64,000 nucleotides of DNA from Catajapyx aquilonaris (GCA_000934665.2 JYFJ02000541.1:1-64000); one strand, 5' to 3'; numbered from the stretch's first letter, positions 1-12,230 are shown. Program-made: numbers and translations. Notes: a model not told the origin generated them from the sequence alone.

Positions 1-95
1 CGTTTCCGGACACGGGTTCCTATGTCAAAAATACTTGTCTTGGTCCCCTCTATTACCCCTGAAAGTCTTTGCAGAGTTACAATAAACACCCTGTA
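1..95. mobile_element. Right end of a Tc1/mariner-type non-autonomous DNA element, truncated by the window edge
   Basis: Ends in AAACACCCTG-TA (84-95), the reverse complement of TA-CAGGGTGTTT. Similar ends occur at ~6602-6613, ~19889-19898 and ~61401-61412. Confidence 0.5.
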
Positions 96-627
96 TATTT
101 AAGTCCATCTTCGGCAAGGTGACCTTTGTACCCAAGTTCATGATCACAAGTTGCTAGAATTGGTAACGGGATATTTCTGATGGTGATCTTAGTAGCCCCC
201 TGAACTGCACTGTTACTCAGGTAACATCTGACAGGTATTACGACAGGTGTACGTGAACGTGTAGAGGTTTAAAAAGTGCCTGAGGTCACCTAGAAATTTG
301 TGATATAAAGGTTACCCAGTAGCCTCTACACTTCTGCAGCATTTGTTTCTGTTATCTCAAAAATATTAACGCCATATTGAACGTACTCTTTGTCAGGTGT
401 CCTCTAAAATAATAAAGGTTTTAAAAGTGCACATTTTGAATGTACATTAGAGGTTACCTGACTAACAGTGTAAAGAGGCACCAATATAATTCATCTTCAT
501 CTGTTCATGAGCAATGACATCAAGTGACCCAGGTCTCTGACGCGACGGGGAGTGGAAACTCTGGGACTATAGCTTGTGGTGGTGGTGGTGCAGAATAATT
601 ACAGGAATATGTCCAGTAATATTTCCA

Positions 628-859
628 CACCGAAGCAGGTTGGCATATAGTGGATAGGGCGTCCGACTGCTAATCGGGAGGTCCTGGGTTCGAATCCCGA
701 GGCCGGCAACCCTGGCCGTGGTTTTCTGTGGTTTTCCACGGTCTTTCTAGGATAATTCCGGGGTCGCTTCCGTATAATAGGCCACAGCCGCTTCCTTCCG
801 TCCCTATCCTTGGAGGTTGAAAGGCAATGCTGGGCCAACCTCCTTAATATCAATTATAA
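628..859 (+). mobile_element. tRNA-derived SINE, family 1, full length with target-site duplication
   Basis: A box TGGCATATAGTGG (641-653), B box GGTTCGAATCC (687-697), anticodon-like stem-loop TCCGA-CTGCTAA-TCGGG, then a non-tRNA 3' body. Flanked by a 13-bp direct repeat AGTAATATTTCCA (615-627 and 860-872). Confidence 0.85.
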
Positions 860-1320
860 AGTAATATTTCCAAGCAGTGGTATAAGTCAAAGGTCACGCA
901 ATTCCGTTGGCCAGTTTGTCCTTATATTTTTTTTACGGGGGTTAGTCGAGGGGTGTCGACCAGTCACCTTGATGTGATTTCGAGATCGCTGTTAGAATCT
1001 GAAGTTTGAAGTTTGCGTTATTCAAGGGGTTAACCACTTCGGTACTCCGGTGCATATAGCCTACACCTGTAGTTGTACTCCCAGCTATAGTCCTTAGGTA
1101 CTTTATTCTTTGGTACTCCTTGGTACTCCTTGAAATGTTACTCCAGTCTCCAGTGTACACTTTACAGTTGAGTGGCGTTATCTCTTTTGAAAAGAAATTT
1201 TCTCAAATATTTTCAATGGGACTGTCACTGATGTAGCAGCAACACTGACATGGCCATAAGAATGTGCTGCTCATGGATCGTATTAAACTACACCTAAGTG
1301 AGCTAAACTCACGGGACGGA

Positions 1321-1663
1321 GGGAGGCGAAGTGGCGCAACGGTAACGTTCGCGCCCACAGATGTTAAGGTCCCGGGTTCGATCCCGGCCCGGGGACACCC
1401 CCTTCATCTCGTGCAGAGTAAAGTGTCGTCTCTGACTTCGTCTCGGGTGGAATATCCACAGACTAATCCACCCGGGGGAGCTCACAAAACGACCACATGC
1501 GGACAAGGCACTGCACTTGCACATCCCCTCCTGTCATCCCTTCCTGCCCGTGAGCCCGGGCGCTGTATAAATAGGATCCAATTGTATTTGACGAGTAATA
1601 AAGGTCCGGCAAGACCCCAATAGGGGTACGCCTATACCCATTATTATTATTATTATTATTATT
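1321..1663 (+). mobile_element. tRNA-derived SINE, family 2, with (TTA)n tail
   Basis: A box TGGCGCAACGG (1332-1342), B box GGTTCGATCCC (1375-1385), ~250-bp body, AATAAA near the 3' end, then (TTA)7 tail at 1641-1661. Confidence 0.8.
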
Positions 1664-2004
1664 TAAAAAATCCACCCGGGGGAGTTCACAAAATGACCAA
1701 TATGAGCAATTCTACGATAATGTCAACCGGGCAGGGGTTACAAAAAATTTATGGTAGGAGAAAAATATATTGCTCTGTGAGTCAATTTGTTATATGAAAA
1801 CACTGTTCTGGCAATTGACTCTGCGTAGGAAAGTGTCACAACCTCATATAATTCGCAGGAATTTCATATAATGTAGTAAACCCCTTCCTGTAAGGCTGTT
1901 TTACCTATGGCCCGTCCCTAACGCCCACAATAACCCTGCTGGTCCTCTTGTGTGGTCTTGTGTGCATTTGAAAGTGGTTATATAACACACTAAGTGAAAG
2001 TTCA

Positions 2005-2080
2005 TATCCTTCTTGTTCCCTGCACCATAGGTCTATGGTGGAGGGAACAAGAAGGATAATGTAATACCTGTATTACATTA
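2005..2080. repeat. Two abutting palindromes (hairpins)
   Basis: 2005-2058: 26-bp arms TATCCTTCTTGTTCCCTgCACCATAG / CTATGGTGgAGGGAACAAGAAGGATA with one mismatch and a 2-nt spacer. 2057-2080: perfect 11-bp arms TAATGTAATAC-ct-GTATTACATTA. Confidence 0.85.
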
Positions 2081-3082
2081 TCACTTGCATATTACTTATT
2101 ACATCGCAGGACCAGCGATCTGTCTCCACTTGCGCGTGCGATTGTCCTGTCCCTGTAACGCTGGAATTGCTCATATACGACATTGCACTTGCACTTTGCA
2201 CATCCCCTCCTACTTACCCTTGGAACAACTAAACATATCCAGTACGTGTATGGTTCCAACAAAAAATGGTGGTATCCCACTCCCCTAAAAAGGGCCCATG
2301 GTCCGAGAACGGGGTACAATTATAATAAAAAAAACTCACGGGACAGAAAAACAAATCATGTGTTACTATTCTCTTGCTATTAAACTATGTGTTACATTTT
2401 CAGCAATTAATAATAGGGGCCTACGTAAAAACCGGCCGATTTTGTTTTATTGAACGTGAGGTTCCCTATAATACCCTAATATCAATTTAGACGAAAATAT
2501 TAGTTGTAAAGTAAGTGATAACATTCATTGTCAGTGTAATTTGATTTTACTAAGATTGCACGTAAAGTGCCACCATCGTGGGAGTACAATGATGGTAATA
2601 ACACTGCCATACCGTGTCTGAGTCTTGAAGGACACCACTGTATAGTATTCTTAACCCATCGCAGACGAGGACTCCATCTGTGTTGCTCCCTACGAAGTAT
2701 TATACAGGCGCCACCATCGTATTCAGTCTACTATTTATCGACCATGAGTGTAGACTGTAGAGCATTGCCTATATTTGCGTTTTTCCCCCATTGGCGATAT
2801 TGCCGGTAAAATATGTCGAGTTAAAAACATTGGTGAATAGTTAGCATAATCTTACGTCACAAGCGAATTTATTGACCGAATGTATGTTACAAACTTTTGT
2901 CTGTAAGTGCACCAGCAAAAATGAGAGAGCACATGCGATTCGCAATGTAATAAATGACCTTCACTCATTTCCCATAAAATGGACAAACCCAAGTGATCTC
3001 ACATAAATTTAACCACATGTTCCAAGAAGGCTATAATAGGTGATGAGCGATATTTTTTTTGTAGTCACGGTGAGCATAGATA

Positions 3083-5215
3083 TTATTTAATATCTATGCC
3101 GATGAGATGACAATTCCGACCTTCTTTCATGGACCTGATCTTCACGGAATGTACAAGGTCTGCCAGACTGTGGGAGAGAAGGAGTAGGATAGTGTAAATA
3201 CAGTATAAATACAGTGTAGCCTGAATATTTACTCACTCATTATATGCAGTCTCCAACTGAAGATCCCATATGCCTTTGCCACCAGAATGATCATGCTGCA
3301 GGATCTCATCAATCTTGTTCAGCTCAGAGACTATGGCCATGAACATATCCTTCAGTTCCCCTGAAATTGAATGCAACAAATGCGCTAGACAATAAACTTA
3401 TATTTAGGCTAAAAACATACTTTCGCCCAAAAAGTATGAAGGTGCTTTTGATTTTATGCGCGCTTTTTCTCAGACTCTCTACAATTTCTTCGCAGTTTTG
3501 AATCATTGCAGATAAGAGATGATGCAGTAGGCCTACTTACCATTATACTCTTGTTCTGAAGGTAATGATACACGCATGCTCAGAAGCTTATGCGACAATG
3601 TCTTGCACACCTTCCTAATGCTGGCGATTTGCTTGATGGCCAGTTCCATGTCACCTGCAACATTGGTATCATATAACACCACATAATGGGTGATTAAACG
3701 AGAATGAGCTTTACCTCCATCCCTGCTTTCCATTAGTGTATGTAGGTTTTCGGTCAGTACATCTGCGACTTGTGTAAGTTCATCTACAATCTTGATCTCC
3801 ATCACGCGTCTCTCCATGTTCTCTCCTGTGTACGTGAGGTGTTTGCAGTGATTGGCGAGGACATGGCCTTGTTCCTGGGAATATTACCAGTATTTAACTC
3901 TTTAATGCCTACGGACATCATATGATGTCCTGCTGGTTTTTGAACTGGGAGCGCTAGAATTTGCACAAAAATGGGGCGGTTTGAGGCTCAAACTGCTCCT
4001 ACCACATGGAAGGGGGCTCAACTACCACGGCGTGTACCTATCAGTTTTTCCGCCTCCCAGCGGGAGCTAAACATACCCCCTCCCGCCTGAAAGTTTTTGA
4101 CAACATGCGGCGTCTGCACTCGTAGGAATTACTCAAAGTACAGTGTTTTAGTAGTACAGTAAAACCCCTGTTGTTGGACACCCCTATATATTGGACACCT
4201 CTCTATGTTGGACATTTTTCTTCAGAACCGTGGAAAAGCCTATCAATGTTAACTATCTCTCTAAGTTGGACACCCCTCTATGTTGGACATTTTTTTGTGG
4301 AACCGTGAGTGTCCAACTTAGAGGGGTTTTACTGTATTATGATTGTAACCATATTAGCAATTTTATAGTGACTTTAAAAATTTAAATAAATATAATTACG
4401 TTTCAAGTTAATTGCACTTTAAATTTTTTTCTGGAACATCTTGTAGATGAATTTTTTCCGCATTTTACATTCAAAAGGATCACCACGAGTTGAAATTATA
4501 AATATTGGAGCATATTGTTTTTCATTAATGTTACTCCTACTAGATTTTTTTTTTCAAAAAGAGACTAAAACGGCCAAAAAAACTCAGGCATCAAAGGGTT
4601 AATGAGCGAATGATGTGGACTAAACCTGTGAAATACTGACCTTATTGGCATACTTGACATTTGCCAGAGTTATATTCATGTGCTGGTGTTTAACCACGGC
4701 CAAAAGGTACTTGTGGTAAGCTCTCACCACATTCTCGTCAGCTGGTTCCGAGATCGTTTTAGGTCTTCGAAGCACCTTACGGGTACGAATCACCTACGAT
4801 GTACAAAGTGCATACATGTGTGACATCATATTCTGGGATCGCTAATTAGTTAACTTATTCAGGTACATCAATCACCTGGGTATAGCCTTCTATCGTTACT
4901 AGTTTCCATGCGTCACCTGCTATGGAACTGGCCGAAGCAGGCTTCTTCGTTGTTTGTGGTTTCGGAGCAGAAGATGTTTTGGAACAGGGCGTGGACTTGA
5001 CTGTTTTGCAGCGGCGTGTAGGTTTCGGCTGTGATTCAGACCTGAACGCAATAGAAATGTTAACTCCACTTCTATCAAAATGCTAGTCAGACTACAAACC
5101 ACAGTAGTTACCTCTGAGTGGTTGTGGGGATGGGGTCTGTCTTGGTCAGCTTGTTTTTCACCTTTTTCTTCTTTTTATTCTTTTTGACTGAAGATGTCCC
5201 CTCCCAGATTTCCAT
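3083..5215 (-). CDS. Uncharacterised spliced protein: Lys-rich N-terminus, helical C-terminal half
   Basis: About seven GT-AG-bounded exons (~5113-5215, ~4917-5041, ~4728-4793, ~3715-3874, ~3541-3654, 3237-3360, 3083-3167) give MEIWEGTSSVKKNKKKKKVKNKL...VIRTRKVLRRPKTISEPADENV...MERRVMEIKIVDELTQVADVL...GDMELAIKQIASIRK...GELKDMFMAIVSELNKIDEIL...DLADLVHSVKIRSMKEGRNCHLIGIDIK*. No family motif recognised. Confidence 0.65.
3898..4598. mobile_element. piggyBac-like non-autonomous element in an intron of the orphan gene
   Basis: TTAA on both sides (3894-3897, 4599-4602). Imperfect TIRs CTCTTTAATGCCT ... AGGCATCAAAGGG. No transposase ORF. Confidence 0.7.
4157..4334. mobile_element. Tc1/pogo(Tigger)-type MITE nested in the piggyBac-like element
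   Basis: TA target duplication, TIRs CAGTAAAACCCCT ... AGGGGTTTTACTG, and internal direct repeats of TTGGACACCyCTCTATGTTGGACA. Confidence 0.85.
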
Positions 5216-6195
5216 GGCCAGACCGGCGGTGCTGAAATACGATCAAGGCAGCTATTGTTGTGAGATTCTAAAGTGTGATAAACAATTGTTTGGTCGCCAT
5301 AGTGCCACAATGCCTTGCACTAATCAAAATGGCCGACCAATATTTTCATATTTCTAGCCTTAACTTATAAAATGCAGCATTTATTGCCAGGATATTAAGG
5401 CAGTCTGCATAGATGACAATATTTTGGCTACAGGCAAGTGGGAGATCCGTGTGCTTAGACTAGTCAAGTGGGGATTTTATGACATGCTTATCCGCGAATT
5501 TGACGTGTACAGTACACAATGTCTAATGAGAAACTGCTTATCTTACGTAACAGTTGGCGCTTTGATACCTTCTCCAGGATACTTAGTACAAAATATGTCC
5601 AGGATGTGAAAAATAGTATTGTGGCGACCTCCAGTTCTTTGTGTATAGCATTTCCCTGCAATGGTTCGTAAATGCATTTTGCACGTTTGTATCTAAAAAT
5701 TACATACGAATATTTTCATCCAATCTATAGCATCTAGCTCCTCATTACAAAAATAGGCTTGCTGTACACATTATATAGGGTGATGAAACAATGAGATTTA
5801 CACAATATGAAAACGAGATATGAACTAATTACACCGGAAATAGTGTGTTAAAAACGCGTCTGAAATCATTTATTGCTATTATCTGACTTTTATCACACGG
5901 AGCTTACCGTTTTCATCCAGATAGTCACCCTCGTTGTGCACTTACAATTGTGCTTATAGCACGCTTGAGTTAATATTAAAACAAGTTGGGTGCATACTTG
6001 TTTTTTACCTGACGGATGTACTCGCTTATTAAAGTGGACAGCTCCATTGTGCGTGTATTGCATGGAACAATTGACCCCCAGCTTACTTTTATCCTACATT
6101 TATCATGCGGAGATTGTAAACAATAAGCCACGGACGAGTGGATGACCCAGATGTTTCTGACGCCATGTACATTTATATATAACTGTCTGCAGGAA

Positions 6196-6613
6196 TAGGG
6201 TGTTAAAAACTTAGTGCTCTCTTGCTATCAATGTGAAGGATGCAGCTGGTGAGTCAGAAATTTTTGTCCCAGGTTCTGGAGGTACAGTATCGTTGATTAT
6301 TTTGCTCCGATTTGCATTTTTCACACATCACTTTGAGCCATTTGTTGATAACCGTTTTACTTGCACTTCAATGCGAGCATTTTTTTTAGACAATTTAGGC
6401 TTGTTTTGAAATATTTTGGAAAATTAAAAAAATTCATGAGCACATCTCGTGATGATCTGGCGTGGAATGACTTGTAGCGCAGGGTTCACACATTTCTTAC
6501 GTGCTTCATGAGCGAAAAGTGGTCATTAAATTTTAAAGTCAGAAAATTACTGCTACCTTATTTGTTCAAAAAGTAAGTGCTTAAACATTTCCCAAAAAAA
6601 CGGACACCCTGTA
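6196..6613. mobile_element. Degenerate Tc1/mariner-type MITE remnant
   Basis: TAGGGTGT at the left end and GGACACCCTG-TA at the right end; AT-rich non-coding interior. Confidence 0.35.
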
Positions 6614-6894
6614 GTGTTACTTTATAGTGACATTTTCGCTATTCCGTGCTTGTCACCGTCAATCACGCCAAGTATACATTACGAACTTTCTACGCGCCCG
6701 TCACGAGTGAGGACTTTATGACGCGCAGCAACAATTGGCAATTCAATGTCTCGTAGTACGTGCATAACCCTGTATAACCTCTCTGTTCAGCATAACGTTT
6801 GCATATATTGAAAACCTCCTCGAGTGTGTCGCTTTTGAGGTGTTGACCCTGAATTATTTTCAGAGAAGAGTCAGAGTTACCACCTGACTGTGTA

Positions 6895-8280
6895 ATGGAG
6901 TCTCCTACTAACAATTCTACCTGGTGCTTCAACAATAGCGTGGACCTGGCTGAAGCCTGTTTCGATATGGACAAAATGCCCCCTTGCTGTTATCCAGGAT
7001 TCTCGGAATCTTTCACCGAGTTTGCATCAGTGTATTACCTGACCATAGGCCTCATTGGAACTGTGGAGAACGTGCTGAACTTTGTGGTGCTTACTTATGC
7101 CTGGTGGTATCACTTCAGCGACTCCTCGTCACCAGGGTACTTTTCAAATGTTTTGAAGTGGAAATGTCATTTTGAGTTAGGCCAACTGTTTTTTTTCCAG
7201 AAATAACCGAAATTTCAACACGCTCCTGCTGATCAGCTACAGCTGCTCTGAAATGGCTTATTGCTCCTTTGTTCTTCCGCTGATTGGAATGACGTATTAT
7301 CACCGTGGATGGCCGTATGGTCCGACTCTCTGTGCGACTGTGGCTTACCTTCGTCGCACCTTGGGATTAACCAGTTGGAATACTATAGCTGCAATGATAT
7401 TTAGCAGGTTAGCATATCCGACACCGAACATTTGAGTAACAATCGTGCATGTATCATGTTTTTAAATTCAGGGCTCTTCACTACTGGTTCCCATCGGCGC
7501 ATTTCATAATATTTGAGACGATGGGAGGCATTCCAGCAATTTCTTGCTTATGGATAATATCATTCGCTGTTTTCGTTCTCATACTTAAGCACGTAAGTGT
7601 AAAAAGTTAGTGAATGAACATTTGGAGTTCAGCCTACAAGTGTCTTTTCCTTTCGTTTCTTCAATAGGAAGAAGTTGTGTTCGGTTACAATGCTTCACTT
7701 GGTCAGTGTTTGATTAGATCTGGGAAAAACAAGGAGGCTAATTTACTAGTAGGACTCTCGGACATAGTCCCATTTTTTGTGACCATAATATCGTTTGTCC
7801 TGCTTTGGGTCAAACTTCATCTCAGCAGGATATCAGTGACATCAGTACCGTAAGTAGGTTTCACTCACAGCATCATTAGAACATGCATTGTTATTACTTA
7901 TGCTTTTTTAGAGAGACTGGTTCATCAACAGTGGACAAGTTATTATCGAGAGAGCGTAGAATGGCTGTGCTGTTTACATTTTTGGCAGCTTCATTCATTC
8001 TACCTTTGTTGCCAGTTGTTGTGATATATTTCTGCTGCTGGAAAAATTCAAGCAGCACTCTTTTTGCATACGTACATATTGTAGCCATAACGTATGTGAT
8101 AATCAACTTCTGCGTCTACTTCCTCAGGTTAGACCTTTTTGACTGTCTCATTTTGGCTCCTGATCACTCACTAAAACCGAGATTACCATTCATTGCAGGG
8201 TAAGCTTCTACAGGAGCGCCTTCTGCTTCTTCTTCAGGTCTATGAGTAGAAAGCTGCATGATGTTTTTCCATATAAATAA
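6895..8280 (+). CDS. Divergent rhodopsin-like (class A) GPCR, loosely Tre1/moody/GPR84-like
   Basis: Six exons (~6895-7135, 7201-7407, 7472-7592, 7668-7849, 7912-8127, 8199-8280) give seven hydrophobic segments. Features: N-glycosylation sites (NNST, NNSV), TM1 GLIGTVENVL, ECL1 GWPYGPTLC, ECL2 FGYNASLGQC, RERR before TM6, TM7 IINFCVY, helix 8 FYRSAF. Confidence 0.8.
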
Positions 8281-9079
8281 ACAAGTCGTTTTGTATATCT
8301 GAATGTTGAACACTGCAAATTCCGGAAATGACTTTTACCTTGCCAAAGTGTAGGATATTATCCTCTGTTTCCCAGTATGTGATAAATATTTTTCTGATTT
8401 ATAGCCGATATCATTAAGGAAACAAGGCTAGAAGGGTTATACTTTATTGCGACTCCGTGTATCCACAAGCGAAGGAGGGGGAGCTGCAAGTGCAAGTTCA
8501 GTGCCTGAAAAATTATTTAATTATATATTTCCTGGCTAATCTAGGGCATAAATCAGCTGACAGTTATTGCGAGAGGAGGCCGGAAAACTCTACATTTTAT
8601 TGGTGAAGGATATGTCCAGGCTGCGCACAAAATTCTACAGTTTAACAACCTTGCTTCACCAGAATGACTGCCATTGATGTATTGACCTCAATTAAAATAG
8701 ATTACCTTCAATATGCTGCAGTCACACCATGTTTGTAACAGAATAATATTAAAGTTATTAATAAGTGACAATTCAATAGCTGTGACATTCACCTCTTGTC
8801 ATCGGATTCAGAAGGTGCCGAGGCACATAACACAACATTATGTCAGGTAGTGTAACACTGGACTTCCGATAAACATGGTGCCTTGTAGCAACATTTTGCA
8901 CAACACTTCCACGTGGTGTTCTCGCAACAATGCAAGGTTATCAGTTGCTTGCGTCGCAAGAAAAATAACTCACTTTCAAATACTCCAACAACTGGGAGGG
9001 ACTCCATTCTTGCTTATATTGTACCTATGTGTATTGTTCACAGTTAATTGGTTCGTTTCGTAAAAGTTTGCACTCACTA

Positions 9080-12000
9080 TCACCCGGGATAAAAGTGATT
9101 CCAGTCCTCCTTAATCATGTCCGCACCCTTCTCGCCCACCATGTACGTCGGCGCCATGATGTTCCCACTAGGCACTGCGGGCATGATAGACGCGTCTATC
9201 ACCCTGAGTCCACCAACCCCGTACACTCTGAGTCTACTGTCCACCACTGACATGGGATCGCTTATGGGCCCCATTTTGGCCGTACCGCAAAAATGATGCT
9301 CGGTGACCGTGTATTGCCTCAGGTGACATTCCCAGTACTCGTCAGTCAGGTACGGAAGGTACTGGCAAGCCGGAAGAGGCTTGGGAAATATAGTGGAGTT
9401 GAGCAGCGTCATGGTGAAGGTGTTGCTGAAGTCTATTGAGAGTCTGACTGCTTCAATCAGGGCCTTGATGTCGTCCGGATGGGTGAGGTACCTCGGGTAG
9501 AAGAGAGGATGACTTCGAGGGTTGCTGTCTCGAAGAAGGATTTCTCCGACGCTCTTTGGACGTGTCATCATCGGAAGAGTCATCCAAGAGTCGCGTCCTC
9601 GGAACTGCTCGTACACTGTGTTCCACGTGGAATCTGGGAATCCGTGTGCTCGACGGATTCGACCCTCTTCGGACAGGAGGGAACCTGACGCAAAGTGAAT
9701 TTGGATGTCCGGCCAGTTGAGGTCTCTATTGTGCCTGTCGAAATAGAACGAATTATTCATATCTGTAATATTTGAATCTGAAATGTGAAAATTGCATGTC
9801 CCTTATGGGACCATATGCACGCCATAATCTAATTCTTTCCTCATCATGGACTATACCTATGGAAATGTGATTATGTAACATCCAAGTAGAAAATTACTTC
9901 TGGGTAATATGTAGCACTCTTCCAGTGTTCTGACTGGAGAGACGTGCACAACGAAATTGGGGGGCGTAACATTCCGTTTGCGATCAAGTCTTCGCGATTT
10001 CGCTGACAGCGCATCCAATTACCACATATCTAAAGCATGTCTGCATAAAGCGTTTTAGGAGAAATTTTTTTGGCGGTGACAAATGTATCCTTGAGTGAGT
10101 TGTTCATTCCGTGACTTTCACCCAAAGTGACATTTGAAGTAGATTCTCACATATTTTAGTCTTGAAGTTTTGCAACATATTTTGCATGCCTGATTTAATA
10201 TGAGCTTGATATTTGCAAGTAACTAGGCCAACAAATTAATCAAGCGTAAGAAATGAAGTCCACCATCGGTCTAACCTGTTTGCACGGGTTTTTACACCAG
10301 CTTACAACCAATAAAGGTAAAAATTCAGATTTTTCACATTTAATCAAACTAAAAGACGCTTGTTTCTGAACAAAAAATTGGTGACCAGTAGATTAGATTA
10401 TTCTCACTCTTACTTCGAATTGAGCCAGGCCAATCCTTCGACAGCTCCAGGAAGATTGACCACGCCAGACCTGTTTTGCAACCACTGGGTGAACGTTGCT
10501 ATGCTCAGATCCCGGCTTTGTAATACACCGACAGGTTGGTCAATGAGGAAGACAATTCCTCCCGTGTTGATATGATCTTGAAGATTCTGACCCACTCCTG
10601 GAAGATCCACTATTGTCTGGATGCCACTTGATCGAAGATGGTCCAGAGGTCCTAGACCGGATAGCATCAGAAGTTGAGGTGAACGAAGGGCACCGGCTGA
10701 TATGATGACCTGAGGGTGAACATACGACACACTTTGGGGCTCCTCACATATGATTGATTTATAAGACACTTACTTCCCGTCTGGCTCGAACGGTATGTGG
10801 AAATCCTCTCTTGTCGAACGTGACACCGTAGGCTCTTTTTGTTTTCGGATTGATCAGCACCTTGTGTACGTAGGATCTCTGGGATACGTGAAGATTTTTT
10901 CTGTCTCTAACTGATCGTAGAAATGCTTTATTGGCGCTGCATCTCTCCGAGTTACGGTTAGTCACCTGTAATAAAAAGCGGATATGATCGGACTGCATTA
11001 CAAGTATGACGTAAAATAGTTACCTGCGGATGCATGTATCCATACTGGTGCTCCCCATTTCCGTCCCGTATGGGAATCCCCAGTTCCATAGCAGCTCCCA
11101 TAAAAAATCTGGACAAGGGTGTACTGAAATTGGCGTTGGCCACAGTCAGGTATCCCCCTTTTCCATGATACCCTGACCGGACGTACTCCTCATTCAAATT
11201 GTCTTCGGATTTCTTAAAGTATGGCAGGACACTATCGTATCCCCAGCCTGGATTCCCCAGCGATTCCCAGTGATCGTAATCCCTTCTGTTTCCTCTCACG
11301 TACAGCATATAATTAATGGAGCTGGATCCGCCCAGAACCTGAAAAGGTACTGTTACTCACAGGACCACAGTATTGGGAAATTGACTGACCTTTCCTGATG
11401 ACCAATGGCACCTCTGGTTGATGAGACCCAGGCATGCCCCGGGTGTGTACTCCGTCTGGTACTGCCAGTCAATTTCCGTTCTGGCCACTGCCCATGGGAG
11501 GATGGGTATTTCGGATATCTCGTTTTGTTCCCCACCTGCTTCCAAGAGAAGCACTTTCCAATTGGGATTCTCCGTCAGCCTGTTGGCCACTACCGAACCT
11601 GCAGGGCCGGAACCTGTTCAGGGAAATACTGGCAATCTGTTAGGTGCAGACCATTCGAATAAATATGCTCTTATAATAAACACGCCACTTCAACTGGTCA
11701 TCCAAAAAACCGTCTCGACCTTCTCAGGCGTTTTCTACCCAAAGTCTACCCTCAAGCAAATCTTGTTGAAGATGACCGAAGCCACTCTCGTGAAGGTCAC
11801 CTTCGAATAGGGCCAGCGTCCTCAGGTGTCCCCGAGCCTCAACTACCAATGGACGAGTTTGCATGTCCACAAAAGATGTTCTGAATATTTTTAGACTCCC
11901 GCCAACTGGTTCCCTCCACATTGTCTTTACAATGGCCTATATGTTGCAATATGTTTTCGTATTTCTCTGCACGCAATTGCTAATCTTGACCACAATAATA

Positions 12001-12230
12001 TTTTCTGCACTTGATCTGATGAGTCAGAATCAAAGCGTAATTTCTCCTGAAGATAACTTGATCGCCACGAGCTTGTACTTACCTATGACAATAAAATCAT
12101 AATAGTCCAAATAGACTTTGGTGTCCACCACATAATTTTCCGATGGCGTACTGTGTCTTCTAACACTCAAAAGGGCCGAGAAGAAGATACCCATCAGGGT
12201 CATATAAGTCCCAGTTTCAGTCACAGGCAT
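9080..12230 (-). CDS. GMC oxidoreductase (glucose dehydrogenase [FAD, quinone]-like), copy 1
   Basis: Six coding exons (12083-12230, ~11391-11614, ~11024-11338, ~10774-10965, 10414-~10710, 9080-9734). Motifs: [19 protein letters not shown] (FAD GxGxxG), [75 protein letters not shown]. Confidence 0.95.

Noticed and set aside
628..710. tRNA gene with anticodon GCT
   Set aside because: Embedded in a longer TSD-flanked element, lacks the Ser variable arm, a good acceptor stem and an immediate oligo-T terminator; treated as a SINE head.
11690..11930. Coding-like GC-balanced stretch in GMC copy 1 intron 1
   Set aside because: Short frames with stops, no recognisable motif and no convincing splice context; could be a decayed TE fragment.
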